32,000 nucleotides of DNA, from NCBI GenBank assembly GCA_010202845.1, contig CP047921.1:390001-422000 (forward strand), read 5' to 3'. Numbering within the stretch: the stretch's first letter is position 1; every line of letters starts with the position of its first letter. Below are positions 16,201 through 23,599 of this stretch, one piece after another. Origin of the DNA: Candidatus Saccharibacteria bacterium oral taxon 488. GTDB taxonomy: Bacteria > Patescibacteriota > Saccharimonadia > Saccharimonadales > Saccharimonadaceae. The translations under genes and the position numbers were made by a program. A model generated the notes under the pieces. That model was not told the DNA's origin. It saw nothing but the letters and a program-made list of their open reading frames with translations, and did no database searches.

Positions 16201-16266
16201 TCTTCTTATCAATAATTCGCCTAAATTATTGAGTTTAGTCATCGGCCTCTTTTTATTATTAGTCAT
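13222..16266 (-). CDS. Helicase IV (HelD)-like SF1 UvrD-family helicase with N-terminal tandem repeats and an inserted restriction-endonuclease-like module
   Basis: Helicase motifs: Walker A TARAGSGKTRTL; LVDEYQDFS; FVVGDDWQAINRFAG; TTNYRC; TMHRAKGLEADVVII; LFYVAITRAKEKLYI. These are collinear with E. coli HelD as I recall it. Residues 30-258 form five repeats of about 46 aa (L.QYDF..AE..L...). Residues 425-575 carry SEAEKIISDYLFEHGVAYYYE...KPDFYL...WEHW. The gene is strongly AT-rich. Confidence 0.85.
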   Translation of the reverse strand: MTNNKKRPMTKLNNLGELLIRRMTDSEKRLIVELLPLFEANNIAEAGILFTENYPCNGYSDSFDRWYSMQIWKKYRGSVEQKLRQYDFTGTEKTLSELNVSKLHWASFWFDQRLQHYKEELLNEWKPSIEGRLQLYDFASAENILLKLGLTDMNWSKKRLHYYREKHLTELKSLIEKKLRQYNFTEAEGILSRSDLIDVTWFEQRLQYYKKKQFNELKVLIEDKLCQYDFIGADKISNALDRQSYETIKAKYVKQWFEKHVSEDGRSYVLDEQQVIAVLNDNKNTIVTARAGSGKTRTLVAKVVYLAAKYNIKPDELLVFVFNKKASDEINERLEKITVDGKQIFYNPEIATTFHAFARRIVYSICGENEKYGKILAEEKAYFIQAVIKTIPKRKVYQLFRSECFQIKRDKFASEQEYFEALRNSKYETLDGKVVKSEAEKIISDYLFEHGVAYYYENEYYLNSAYSICQKANRNRLYELKNKFKQESIKPDFYLKDYDIPWEHWAINGDESLSKIADINKCGIIGDYDEYKAKMIWKRWFYQKSWIDNGKPAGKYALQIKNMRPLIETTRNFENREEFEAKIEKILQEHGINKPKLPEEELIKKVWNSQVKRFSKMIMQFIDRAQQQFFDDILELRQRVEYFNGDDRTKVFLEIGLRCYFDYHNYLAGKLPKEKLITKITRNNKEGILDFRQYGIDFNLLLKRAIYIVNGGEHEDVESLLSLKKYILVDEYQDFSKLFLKMILSVRDVCPESKLFVVGDDWQAINRFAGSDTEYFKRFTDYFPEDSRKLEITTNYRCDRRIVENARTFMRNSLGENGNFSANSGYNGEVVLIDPTKTYIDYRDDKDNVYKKAMMVSEERDPSKAAVQYIKTVAEIIKGNKDKQKILLLHRNNDTSFWFIDLLAFYNRLCSAVVEKKFMHEDEFKEKVEILTMHRAKGLEADVVIILEADDGIIPMYHQDTHLFEIFGETEQIVLDDQKKLFYVAITRAKEKLYILHNSSEYNKNGFVEFCKSY

Positions 16267-16363
16267 TGTCTGTAATAACTAATTTATCATATTTATTCGT
16301 TTAACCCCACTTAAAACTAAGACCGGTTGCCCCAACGAACGACCGATCCTAAAAAACATATCG

Positions 16364-16448
16364 TGGTGCCGGAAGTAGGACTCGAACCTACGAAGCCTGA
16401 CGGCGGGAGATTTACAGTCTCCTGTGATTGCCACTACACGATTCCGGC
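16364..16448 (-). tRNA. tRNA-Tyr (anticodon GUA), long variable arm
   Basis: Manual fold: acceptor GCCGGAA/TTCCGGC, anticodon stem GGAGA/TCTCC with loop CTGTAAA, a 14-nt variable arm, T arm GTAGG-TTCGAGT-CCTAC, then A and CCA. Confidence 0.9.
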
Positions 16449-16455
16449 GTGTATT

Positions 16456-16532
16456 TGGAGCCGATTCAGGGATTCGAACCCAGGACCTGCTGTTTACAAA
16501 ACAGCTGCTCTAACCAGCTGAGCTAAATCGGC
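16456..16532 (-). tRNA. tRNA-Thr (anticodon UGU)
   Basis: Manual fold: acceptor GCCGATT/AATCGGC, D arm GCTC/GAGC, anticodon stem GCTGT/ACAGC with loop TTTGTAA, T arm CTGGG-TTCGAAT-CCCTG (one U-U mismatch), and CCA. Confidence 0.85.
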
Positions 16533-16542
16533 ATCTTGAATG

Positions 16543-16571
16543 ATTGTAGCAAGTTTTGTAGCTCAAGACAA
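16543..16571 (-). promoter_or_regulatory. Candidate promoter of the tRNA-Thr/Tyr pair
   Basis: Minus strand reads TTGTCT, a 17-nt spacer, then TACAAT, ending about 10 nt before the tRNA-Thr 5' end. Confidence 0.5.
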
Positions 16572-16573
16572 GG

Positions 16574-17278
16574 CTACATGATCACTTTTCGTGATGGTTG
16601 TCGCGGCTGGCGTGGCTGCTGGGGGTGAGCTGGGTGCTGTGAACGGCGCGGGACGGTGGCTGGCTTGTCGGGCGTGAGCATGGCCGTGGCGCGCTCACGA
16701 AGTTTGGCGGCCTGTTCGGGCTGCTTGGCGCTGTCGTAGGCTTGAGCAAGCGTGTTCAGCGTGTGCGGCGTCGGTTCGAGCTCAGCGGCCTTTTCTAGCG
16801 CCGCCAGCATCTTCTTCGTATTACCTAATTTCTCCTGGACCTTGGCGTAGGCGATGTGCCGGGCGGCATGACTGGCCTCCATATCAAGCGCCTGCTCAAA
16901 CGCCAGCGCCGCCTTGACATAATCTTGAGTCTCGTAGTAAATGAGGCCGACATTGTGCAGGCTCGAGGCGCTCGGCTCGAGGCTCTGGGCGATTTCAAAG
17001 CACTCGATGGCGTCCTTGTAGGCACGCTGCTTGGCATACAAAATCCCCAGGCGATTGTAGGCCGTGGCGTTCTTTTCATCGACGCGCAGGATGGTTAGGA
17101 GTGCTTTCTCGGCACGCAGATACTTGTTTTCACGCAGCGACTCTTGAGCGATAGCCCAGAGCTTGTCAAGTTTCTCTGACAATTTAACTGGTAAGTTTTG
17201 TGCTTCGCCGACTGACGGCTGATACCAAACTGCCCATACCATAACCAGCAGGATAACTAATAATCCAGACATATGCAT
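16574..17278 (-). CDS. Membrane-anchored TPR-repeat protein
   Basis: An N-terminal TM helix is followed by several TPR-like units (AYNRLGILYAKQRAYKDAIECFEIAQSLEP and others) and a Pro/Gln-rich tail. Confidence 0.75.
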   Translation of the reverse strand: MHMSGLLVILLVMVWAVWYQPSVGEAQNLPVKLSEKLDKLWAIAQESLRENKYLRAEKALLTILRVDEKNATAYNRLGILYAKQRAYKDAIECFEIAQSLEPSASSLHNVGLIYYETQDYVKAALAFEQALDMEASHAARHIAYAKVQEKLGNTKKMLAALEKAAELEPTPHTLNTLAQAYDSAKQPEQAAKLRERATAMLTPDKPATVPRRSQHPAHPQQPRQPRQPSRKVIM

Positions 17279-17281
17279 CTA

Positions 17282-18112
17282 TTATACCACAATATTGATC
17301 AGCGCCAGCCGTACGTTGCCATTGTGCCTCAGCCGGGTTTCGGCGGTGATGATCCGATCAAGGAGGGGCTGGTGTGTAGGACTCGGCTGAGTTTTCATCT
17401 GAAACGCTACCATGGTGAGGAGGATGTCGATCAGCTGGAGGGCTTTGGTGCGGTCGGTGAAATAGGATGGCAGCGTGCGCAGTGCTTCGTATGAGCTTGG
17501 TGTAGAGAGGATGCATTTGGCGTCAGCGGCGATGGCTTGATATTCGGACAGCAGTTTTGGCGTGCGCGCTAATTGACGGATGAGCAGTGGCCGGCCGGCG
17601 GCCAGGAACAGGATTTGGCGACGCTCGCTGGCGGTGAGCGAGGTAGCATCAAGCAGCGTCTCGTCCTGTACTGGCGAGGTGCGGTGCAAGGTTAGCACGT
17701 GGCAGCGCGAACGAATGGTGGCTAGGAGCTGCTGTTCGTTCTCGGTCACCAGCAAAAAATGCGTGTTGGCGTTCGGCTCCTCTAGGGATTTGAGAAGCGC
17801 GTTCTGGGCAGCCTCGCTCATCTGGTCGGCTGGATTGATAATGATGACGCGGCGAACCGTGGCGTGCGTGCGCAGCATAGCGATCATGGTGCGAATCTGC
17901 TCAGTCGTGATCGTGGTTTTTGCCTCCACTGGCTGCAGTCGAATCACCTCTGATGGTGTGAGTGTTGCTAGGTATTCGGCAGTGCCCATGCCGTCCAGCC
18001 CACGCTCGGCGGTGATGATCACCGCCTGTGGCAGTCGCTCAGCAAGTTGGCGCAGTGGAGCGCGGTCACGATGTGCTAGCATCGGCATGCGCGGTGGGTG
18101 CGGGTTAGTCAT
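17282..18112 (-). CDS. holB: DNA polymerase III delta-prime subunit-like (degenerate ATPase)
   Basis: NALLKSLEEPNANTHFLLVTE...TIRSRCHVLTL is the clamp-loader sensor region. No intact Walker A motif is seen. Confidence 0.7.
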   Translation of the reverse strand: MTNPHPPRMPMLAHRDRAPLRQLAERLPQAVIITAERGLDGMGTAEYLATLTPSEVIRLQPVEAKTTITTEQIRTMIAMLRTHATVRRVIIINPADQMSEAAQNALLKSLEEPNANTHFLLVTENEQQLLATIRSRCHVLTLHRTSPVQDETLLDATSLTASERRQILFLAAGRPLLIRQLARTPKLLSEYQAIAADAKCILSTPSSYEALRTLPSYFTDRTKALQLIDILLTMVAFQMKTQPSPTHQPLLDRIITAETRLRHNGNVRLALINIVV

Positions 18113-19286
18113 GAGTGGCCTCGCTCATCTCGTCCTGGGTTGCGGCAAGCTTCGGGAATGATTGTCGAAATTCTTCTGGAGCGGCCGCCTCAAAGGTTTT
18201 TCGTTCGCCCGATGGCAGTGTGATTTCTAGTTTGTGGGCGTGAAGCATCAGGCGGCTGGCATTGAGTTTACCGTAAACGCGGTCGCCGAGAATTGGTGTG
18301 GTTAGGTATGCCAGATGGACACGCAGTTGGTGGGTGCGGCCGGTGGTGGGTCTCAGTTCAATGAGTGCCTGGGCGTCAGTCGCCGCCAGTACGCGGTAGG
18401 TCGTCTGGGCGGGCTTGCCGTTCGGGTCGACGCGGAAGGTGCTGGGCGCGGACGGATTGCGGCCAATTGGCAGGTCGATTTTTGCAGCGGCTAGTTTCGG
18501 TACGCCGTCGGTTACCGCGAGATAGGTTTTTTTGGTGGTGCGCTGGGCGAATTGCCGCTGTAAATGAGCGGCAGCGTCAGCGGTTTTAGCGATGATGAGT
18601 ACGCCCGAAGTGTCGCGGTCGAGCCGATGGACGATGCCCGGCCGGTCGGTGCCCGAGGCGAATGAGGTTTTAGGACGAATAATCTCCGCTACCGTCGGCT
18701 CGGTCGACAGTCCACCTTTGGCGTGTGTCAGGAGACCACTGGGTTTGTTCACCACCATCACGTCATCATCTTCGTACAACACTGGCAGCTCTGCACTGGC
18801 CTGCTCCTGCTCTGGCAGCTTGACGGCAATTTCATCAGTCTCGTCAACCTCGAACTTTGGCACCGTCACCACGCGCTGGTTGACTGACACGTAGCCGGCT
18901 TTGATGTATTTTTGCCAGAGGCTGCGTGAAATTGACGGGTCAAATGTCGTGGACAAGTGGATGTCCAGGCGCTGCTTGGTCGGCACGATGTGGAGCATCA
19001 TGACAAATTTGCCCTGAAACGGCGTTTCGGTGCAGCTCGAATCAAGCGGGTTTGGCAAAATATCAGCATTGGCTGGCTTGTCGGGCCACAATTCGTCAAT
19101 TGATTCTTCGTCGACGATTGAGCCGTAGAGCACGGCGAAATGCTGTTTGTTTAGGATGAATTCTGCCAGCACGTGCGATTCGTCCGTCTGAACCTTCAGA
19201 TGGCGCAGGGCTTTGACGGGCGTGTTGTCATCTGCCAGTTGGTACAGCCTGGCGATCTTGAGGACGGTGCGCAGAGAGATTTTCAC
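18105..19286 (-). CDS. RluA/RluD-family 23S rRNA pseudouridine synthase with an S4 domain and an N-terminal extension of about 95 aa
   Basis: S4-like RLDIHLS...SRSLWQKYIKAGYVSVNQ and the catalytic HRLDRDTSGVLIIAKT motif are present. The start is GTG at 19286, with alternative ATGs at 19001 and 18998. Confidence 0.8.
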   Translation of the reverse strand: MKISLRTVLKIARLYQLADDNTPVKALRHLKVQTDESHVLAEFILNKQHFAVLYGSIVDEESIDELWPDKPANADILPNPLDSSCTETPFQGKFVMMLHIVPTKQRLDIHLSTTFDPSISRSLWQKYIKAGYVSVNQRVVTVPKFEVDETDEIAVKLPEQEQASAELPVLYEDDDVMVVNKPSGLLTHAKGGLSTEPTVAEIIRPKTSFASGTDRPGIVHRLDRDTSGVLIIAKTADAAAHLQRQFAQRTTKKTYLAVTDGVPKLAAAKIDLPIGRNPSAPSTFRVDPNGKPAQTTYRVLAATDAQALIELRPTTGRTHQLRVHLAYLTTPILGDRVYGKLNASRLMLHAHKLEITLPSGERKTFEAAAPEEFRQSFPKLAATQDEMSEATHD

Positions 19287-19379
19287 GCGGCGTGTCCTCG
19301 GGTACTTAAACGGCTAGAAATGTGCGGCGCTTGATTTGGCGGCGTTCCTAGCTCGGTGAGACAGCTTGCTATCACTACA

Positions 19380-20561
19380 TTATCTCCGCAGCCCCACGGC
19401 TGTCTGAACACGGTGCAAGGTTTCGTTGGCGACGATGGTCATGGCGCGCTCGCTGGATTCCAATTTACGTTCAATTGTCGGCTCATCAACTGCGGCCAGA
19501 CGCGCCTGGAAATTAGTCAGGAATTCGGCGGTTTCGTCAGCAACGATGCGCTTGAAATCACCGTAGCGCTCCATGCCAGTGAACTCGCTAATTGTCTGCT
19601 CTAGTGTGACGTCTCGTCCGGCGTCCTGGCGCACCAACGTCAAAATCTCCAGCAAGTTGGAAATGCCGGGTTGGTTTTCCCTATCGTATTGCACCTTGCC
19701 CAGCGAATCGGTGGTGGCGCTCATGATTTTTTTGTGGGCGACTCGCGGGTTGTCGCCGAGGAAAATGACGCCCTTGCCAGTGTCGTCGGATTTGCTCATC
19801 TTTTTGGTCGGGTTCACCAGGTCTTTGATCCTTAGGCCTTGGTCGTTGCCAAAGAATTGGTGCTGCTGGGCGACTGGTTTGGGTACGACAAACAGATCGC
19901 CAAATTTGCGGTTCATCCGCTCGGCGATGTCGCGGGTAAATTCCAGGTGCTGCGTCTGGTCGTCGCCAACTGGCACGTAACTAGCGCCGTAGAGCAAGAT
20001 GTCGGCGGCCATCAGGACTGGGTAGTTGAAGAGGCCAACAGACGCATTATTGTAAGTGACCTTCTCTAAAGCCATTAGCATAGGAGAGTTTAATAAATGA
20101 GCAGAGGTATTGCTTTGGATAATTTCCGATATATTCCGATGATCTACTGTGGTATCCTCAGACATTTTATTGCCTATGAATTTGCGCGATTTATCCTTAA
20201 ACTGCGTCATCCGGCTCATCTCGCCAAACCCGGTGAAGCAGTCCAAAATCCACGTCAGCTCGCTGTGTGCTGGGATGCGGCTTTGGCGGTACAAATGAAT
20301 CGCCTCGTTATCCAGCGGCAACCCCGCGGCCGTATAAATCCGGGCGTTATTGAGAATGCTCTCATACAATTTACTGTGGTCAATCGGCGTGGTGAAGCTA
20401 TGTAGATCGGGGATAAACAGATTGATATCAAAATCAGCCGAGCGGCGCTTCGCCATATCGACAATCGGCAAAATGGCACCAAAATAATTGCCAATGTGAA
20501 TATCGTTGTTGGCGCGTACGCCGGTGAGGATGACGGGTTTGGATGGTTTCATTGTATTCAT
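19380..20561 (-). CDS. trpS: Tryptophan--tRNA ligase
   Basis: The class I HIGH-like motif (DIHIGNYFG), KMSKS and YPVLMAADILLY are all present. TAATG overlap with the racemase gene. Confidence 0.9.
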   Translation of the reverse strand: MNTMKPSKPVILTGVRANNDIHIGNYFGAILPIVDMAKRRSADFDINLFIPDLHSFTTPIDHSKLYESILNNARIYTAAGLPLDNEAIHLYRQSRIPAHSELTWILDCFTGFGEMSRMTQFKDKSRKFIGNKMSEDTTVDHRNISEIIQSNTSAHLLNSPMLMALEKVTYNNASVGLFNYPVLMAADILLYGASYVPVGDDQTQHLEFTRDIAERMNRKFGDLFVVPKPVAQQHQFFGNDQGLRIKDLVNPTKKMSKSDDTGKGVIFLGDNPRVAHKKIMSATTDSLGKVQYDRENQPGISNLLEILTLVRQDAGRDVTLEQTISEFTGMERYGDFKRIVADETAEFLTNFQARLAAVDEPTIERKLESSERAMTIVANETLHRVQTAVGLRR

Positions 20562-21247
20562 TATAACACTCCTTTGGTTGTTAAGTAACGTAATAAAATA
20601 TTCATTGGGTCAATGGTATTTGGTTTTTCGGCGAAGGCGCAGGATAGCTCGGTGCAGCCTAATAGTGCCGGCGGATAGTTTGTCGCGTTCGCCTGCTCGG
20701 ATTGGATTGTTATTGGTATTTTATCCAGCGCTGACTGAGATATTGTTTGCCCAGAAATTACTGCGCGAATTATCACTTCCAGCGCTTGTTCTTCGTCCTT
20801 ATCCGGCGTTAATACGGTTACTCCGGCGGCTTTCAACGGCTTGTCATATAGTCCAGTGCGGATGGTCGTCGGCGACGCTAGCAATCGAATTGTTTTATAA
20901 TAGCGGCTAACATGATCAATTGCGGCATCCACCATGGAAGTTATGCGGATATTCAGCCGCTGTTCAATATCGGGCTGCAACAAATGCGCGGTATTGCAAG
21001 CGATTATGATAATGTCGTCCATCGACGCGTCAATGTTTTTCAGTTCGTTTATGATAATTTCCAAGGCTTCGCTGCGCCGCGATTCGTTGGTGATAAAATC
21101 AGGAACTGGTAGCGACAAATGAACTATATGCGGAAAATCCGTGCCATCCTTCGCACCATTTGCCAGCGCCTGCCGAATTATTCGCCGTTGCAGTTCCAGG
21201 CTTGCTTGCGGACCCATGCCGCCGATGATAATTATTCTTTGCTTCAT
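20561..21247 (-). CDS. Aspartate/glutamate racemase-family protein
   Basis: IIGGMGPQAS, IIIACNTAH and LGCTELS (the two catalytic Cys motifs) are present. AGGAGG SD upstream. Confidence 0.8.
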   Translation of the reverse strand: MKQRIIIIGGMGPQASLELQRRIIRQALANGAKDGTDFPHIVHLSLPVPDFITNESRRSEALEIIINELKNIDASMDDIIIIACNTAHLLQPDIEQRLNIRITSMVDAAIDHVSRYYKTIRLLASPTTIRTGLYDKPLKAAGVTVLTPDKDEEQALEVIIRAVISGQTISQSALDKIPITIQSEQANATNYPPALLGCTELSCAFAEKPNTIDPMNILLRYLTTKGVL

Positions 21248-21268
21248 AATTCCTCCTTTGGGTTATAT

Positions 21269-21290
21269 AAAAAAGACCGCGCGCGGCCTC
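21269..21290 (-). terminator. Intrinsic terminator 12 nt upstream of the racemase SD (candidate attenuator terminator)
   Basis: On the minus strand, GAGGCCG-cgcg-CGGTCT is followed by TTTTT. Confidence 0.55.
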
Positions 21291-21431
21291 TAGTCATGGT
21301 TAGTTTTTCAGAAGAAATTTACGAACAATTCAACAAGCCGCGGCGAAAACGCGTGCTTTGCCAGGCGGTGCTGATGAATTGCCGTTTTATGGTCATGGGG
21401 TGATTATAGCGCTGGCGGCTAAAATCCGCAA
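21291..21431 (-). promoter_or_regulatory. Promoter plus leader of about 125 nt, with a leaderless 25-codon uORF, upstream of racemase-trpS
   Basis: Minus strand reads TTGCGG (21431-21426), a 17-nt spacer, then TATAAT (21408-21403). The uORF ATG at 21396 is 6 nt after the -10 box, and the uORF runs 21396-21319 (MTIKRQFISTAWQSTRFRRGLLNCS). An imperfect hairpin is closed by CAATTCA/TGAATTG (21381-21326). Confidence 0.4.
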
Positions 21432-21436
21432 ATATT

Positions 21437-21907
21437 CTATAAAACAGCTCGCTTGGATATGCGCCAAACCCATAAAATGATGTAAATAGATAAACCAATT
21501 GAAAATAAGAGCGAGAGGATAGCCATCGGATTTGCTTTCCATAATATTGTCCATGTTGGCGGCGAAATGATAAATTCTACCATTGCTAAGAACCCGATTT
21601 TAGTATAAATATGCAGCGATTCAGCCAAACAAACGGCGAAACCGATTACCGTGCCAAGTACAGAGGCTGCGATTAATAAAATGATATCAGGGAGCGGCGG
21701 TCTCTCTTCCTGGGTTATGAAACTATATATTAGGTAGACGATGCCCGCGCCGATGGGCCCAGTTAAATACGACACGTAGTTCCACCGCCACAGTAGCAGC
21801 CATAGGCCGATTATCATAGGGATACCCAGTAAAAATGCTAATAAAATACCAATCCAGCGCGGACGGTGCTTACGCTGTAGATTGTAATATGGAGGTTCTT
21901 GGTTCAT
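21437..21907 (-). CDS. Hypothetical integral membrane protein (about 4 TM helices)
   Basis: Hydrophobic helices run throughout the protein. No family recognised. Confidence 0.6.
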   Translation of the reverse strand: MNQEPPYYNLQRKHRPRWIGILLAFLLGIPMIIGLWLLLWRWNYVSYLTGPIGAGIVYLIYSFITQEERPPLPDIILLIAASVLGTVIGFAVCLAESLHIYTKIGFLAMVEFIISPPTWTILWKANPMAILSLLFSIGLSIYIILWVWRISKRAVL

Positions 21908-21956
21908 GCTATTTAGTATAGCATTTGATAGGAAGTATGTGGTTTGGATTGGAGGA

Positions 21957-22613
21957 TTATTTATCTGGCGGCTGTGCTTGATCTAGGATCTTTGACAGTT
22001 CGCTAATAAGGTCACGTAGTTGAGGGTTGCGCAAGATTGCCCGCCGGGTGGCTGGCGTCCAAATAAGCGTGCGGGAACGCAAAGTTTCTGCCAGCGTTTC
22101 GCCCGACGGCGTCAGCAAGCCTTCTTTATCCAATTGGAATAATTCAGGCAGCAGCGCGTCGCAAAGCAGTGCTAGCGGCGCTTGCGATCGGGCAATGATT
22201 CGATCGTGCTCATCGACCGGCATAGAAATTGGGTTAAATCCTAATTGCTGCAAATGGCTGGCTGCTGTCTCGGCGTTTGGCTGATCGCTGGCGACAACCG
22301 CGCGCTGGGCGCTATTCATTAGCAAGTGGACAACGGCGGCTTTCTGGTCAAGCTGATCGTTAAATCGGCGGCTGGTGTCCATAACGCTATCGTGTAAAAT
22401 TATCAGTCCCCTTACGGGCGGTACGGTAAAATTTTCCAGGGGCGCACACACGTGGATAATTTCGCAATCGGATAGTTCTTCTGTGCTAGTATGGCGGTCG
22501 GCTATGTCAAATTCGCGGACTAGAAAGCCGTACTTCTTAGCGCGCCGCACTAATTGCGAACCCAAATCGCCCAGCGAACCGATAACGCCGATAGTTTGTT
22601 TTACTGATGTCAC
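21957..22613 (-). CDS. Short NAD(P)-binding, prephenate dehydrogenase (TyrA)-like protein
   Basis: Rossmann-type N-terminus IGVIGSLGDLG, and a VDEHDRIIARSQAPLAL motif resembling TyrA. GTG start with AGGAGG 5 nt upstream. Confidence 0.45.
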   Translation of the reverse strand: MTSVKQTIGVIGSLGDLGSQLVRRAKKYGFLVREFDIADRHTSTEELSDCEIIHVCAPLENFTVPPVRGLIILHDSVMDTSRRFNDQLDQKAAVVHLLMNSAQRAVVASDQPNAETAASHLQQLGFNPISMPVDEHDRIIARSQAPLALLCDALLPELFQLDKEGLLTPSGETLAETLRSRTLIWTPATRRAILRNPQLRDLISELSKILDQAQPPDK

Positions 22614-22728
22614 ACGACCTCCTTTGATTTTATGGGGATGGTTATATTGTTAAGTATACGATATTTGGCGTCGTTATACAGATTCATTGATACGATAGTC
22701 TGGGCTTGGACCCGATCTCAATTATAGA

Positions 22729-23583
22729 TCATTTTCTTAATCTTTTTGTGCGACTTGTAGATTTTGACGGATACTCGCCCGCAAAGTGCTGCCTGATTAG
22801 TCCGGACAAGCGCTCAGCGTATGTATCCGTTATTTCGTGCCCTTGCATGGTCATCGAGCGATGGGCGATATTCTTATGCTCTTTGGCTAGTTTCTTCAAA
22901 TTCCGTTCGACGATCAGTGGGTCGAGTTTGCCTGACAGAATAGTGATTGGCAGTTTCAGTTGTGATATATCAGTCATCGTGGTTTGATTGATTATTGCCG
23001 TATTTAGAGCGGTCAGGAAGGATTTAGCAGTAATTTTATCGGCCTTAAATCCCGCGTCGGGCCATATATTATGTCGGTCGGCAAACTGTAATAAACGTTT
23101 TGAGCTCCTCGGATGCTTGTTGATGAGACCATATAAGGCGCGTAATATTTTTTCTGGATGATGGATTTTCTCGTCAATCTTAGGGTGATATATTGGCGGG
23201 CTGCATAGGATTAGTGACTGAGCTAATTTTGGATATTTTTTAGCGAGCTCTACGGCGGCCAGCGATCCCATAGAGTGGCCAATGACGATGTCAAGATGAG
23301 TGATTGATTCGTGACGTAGCGTAGCGGCGATGCTGGTGGCCTGGTCGTGAGCGTTGTATGATTTCCAGTCGGGTTTTGGTGAATTGCCAAATCCTAGCAT
23401 GTCAATGGCGATAACTTGCGTATCTTTGGGCAAATATGGCTCTAGCGGCTTCCAGGTACGCCACGATGTACCCAGCCCATGAATCAAAAGAATCGTCGCT
23501 TTCGGTCGAGGTTGGCGACAAAAATAATACACATTCAGGGTGTACGGGACGCGCAGCCAGCGGTGGATTAATCGATCAAACAT
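22729..23583 (-). CDS. Alpha/beta-fold hydrolase
   Basis: HGLGTS oxyanion region, GHSMGS nucleophile elbow and a C-terminal His region. Confidence 0.8.
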   Translation of the reverse strand: MFDRLIHRWLRVPYTLNVYYFCRQPRPKATILLIHGLGTSWRTWKPLEPYLPKDTQVIAIDMLGFGNSPKPDWKSYNAHDQATSIAATLRHESITHLDIVIGHSMGSLAAVELAKKYPKLAQSLILCSPPIYHPKIDEKIHHPEKILRALYGLINKHPRSSKRLLQFADRHNIWPDAGFKADKITAKSFLTALNTAIINQTTMTDISQLKLPITILSGKLDPLIVERNLKKLAKEHKNIAHRSMTMQGHEITDTYAERLSGLIRQHFAGEYPSKSTSRTKRLRK

Positions 23584-23599
23584 TATATTAGTATACTAT

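Noticed and set aside
16327-16521. 64-aa plus-strand ORF
   Set aside because: It is the antisense of the tRNA-Tyr and tRNA-Thr genes.
21269-21396. Tested the racemase-trpS leader against SRP (4.5S) RNA and T-box signatures
   Set aside because: There is no GGAA-tetraloop/AGCA helix-8 motif and no T-box consensus (GGGUGGNACCGCG-like). It is too short for a canonical T-box. The element is kept only as an unclassified attenuator candidate.
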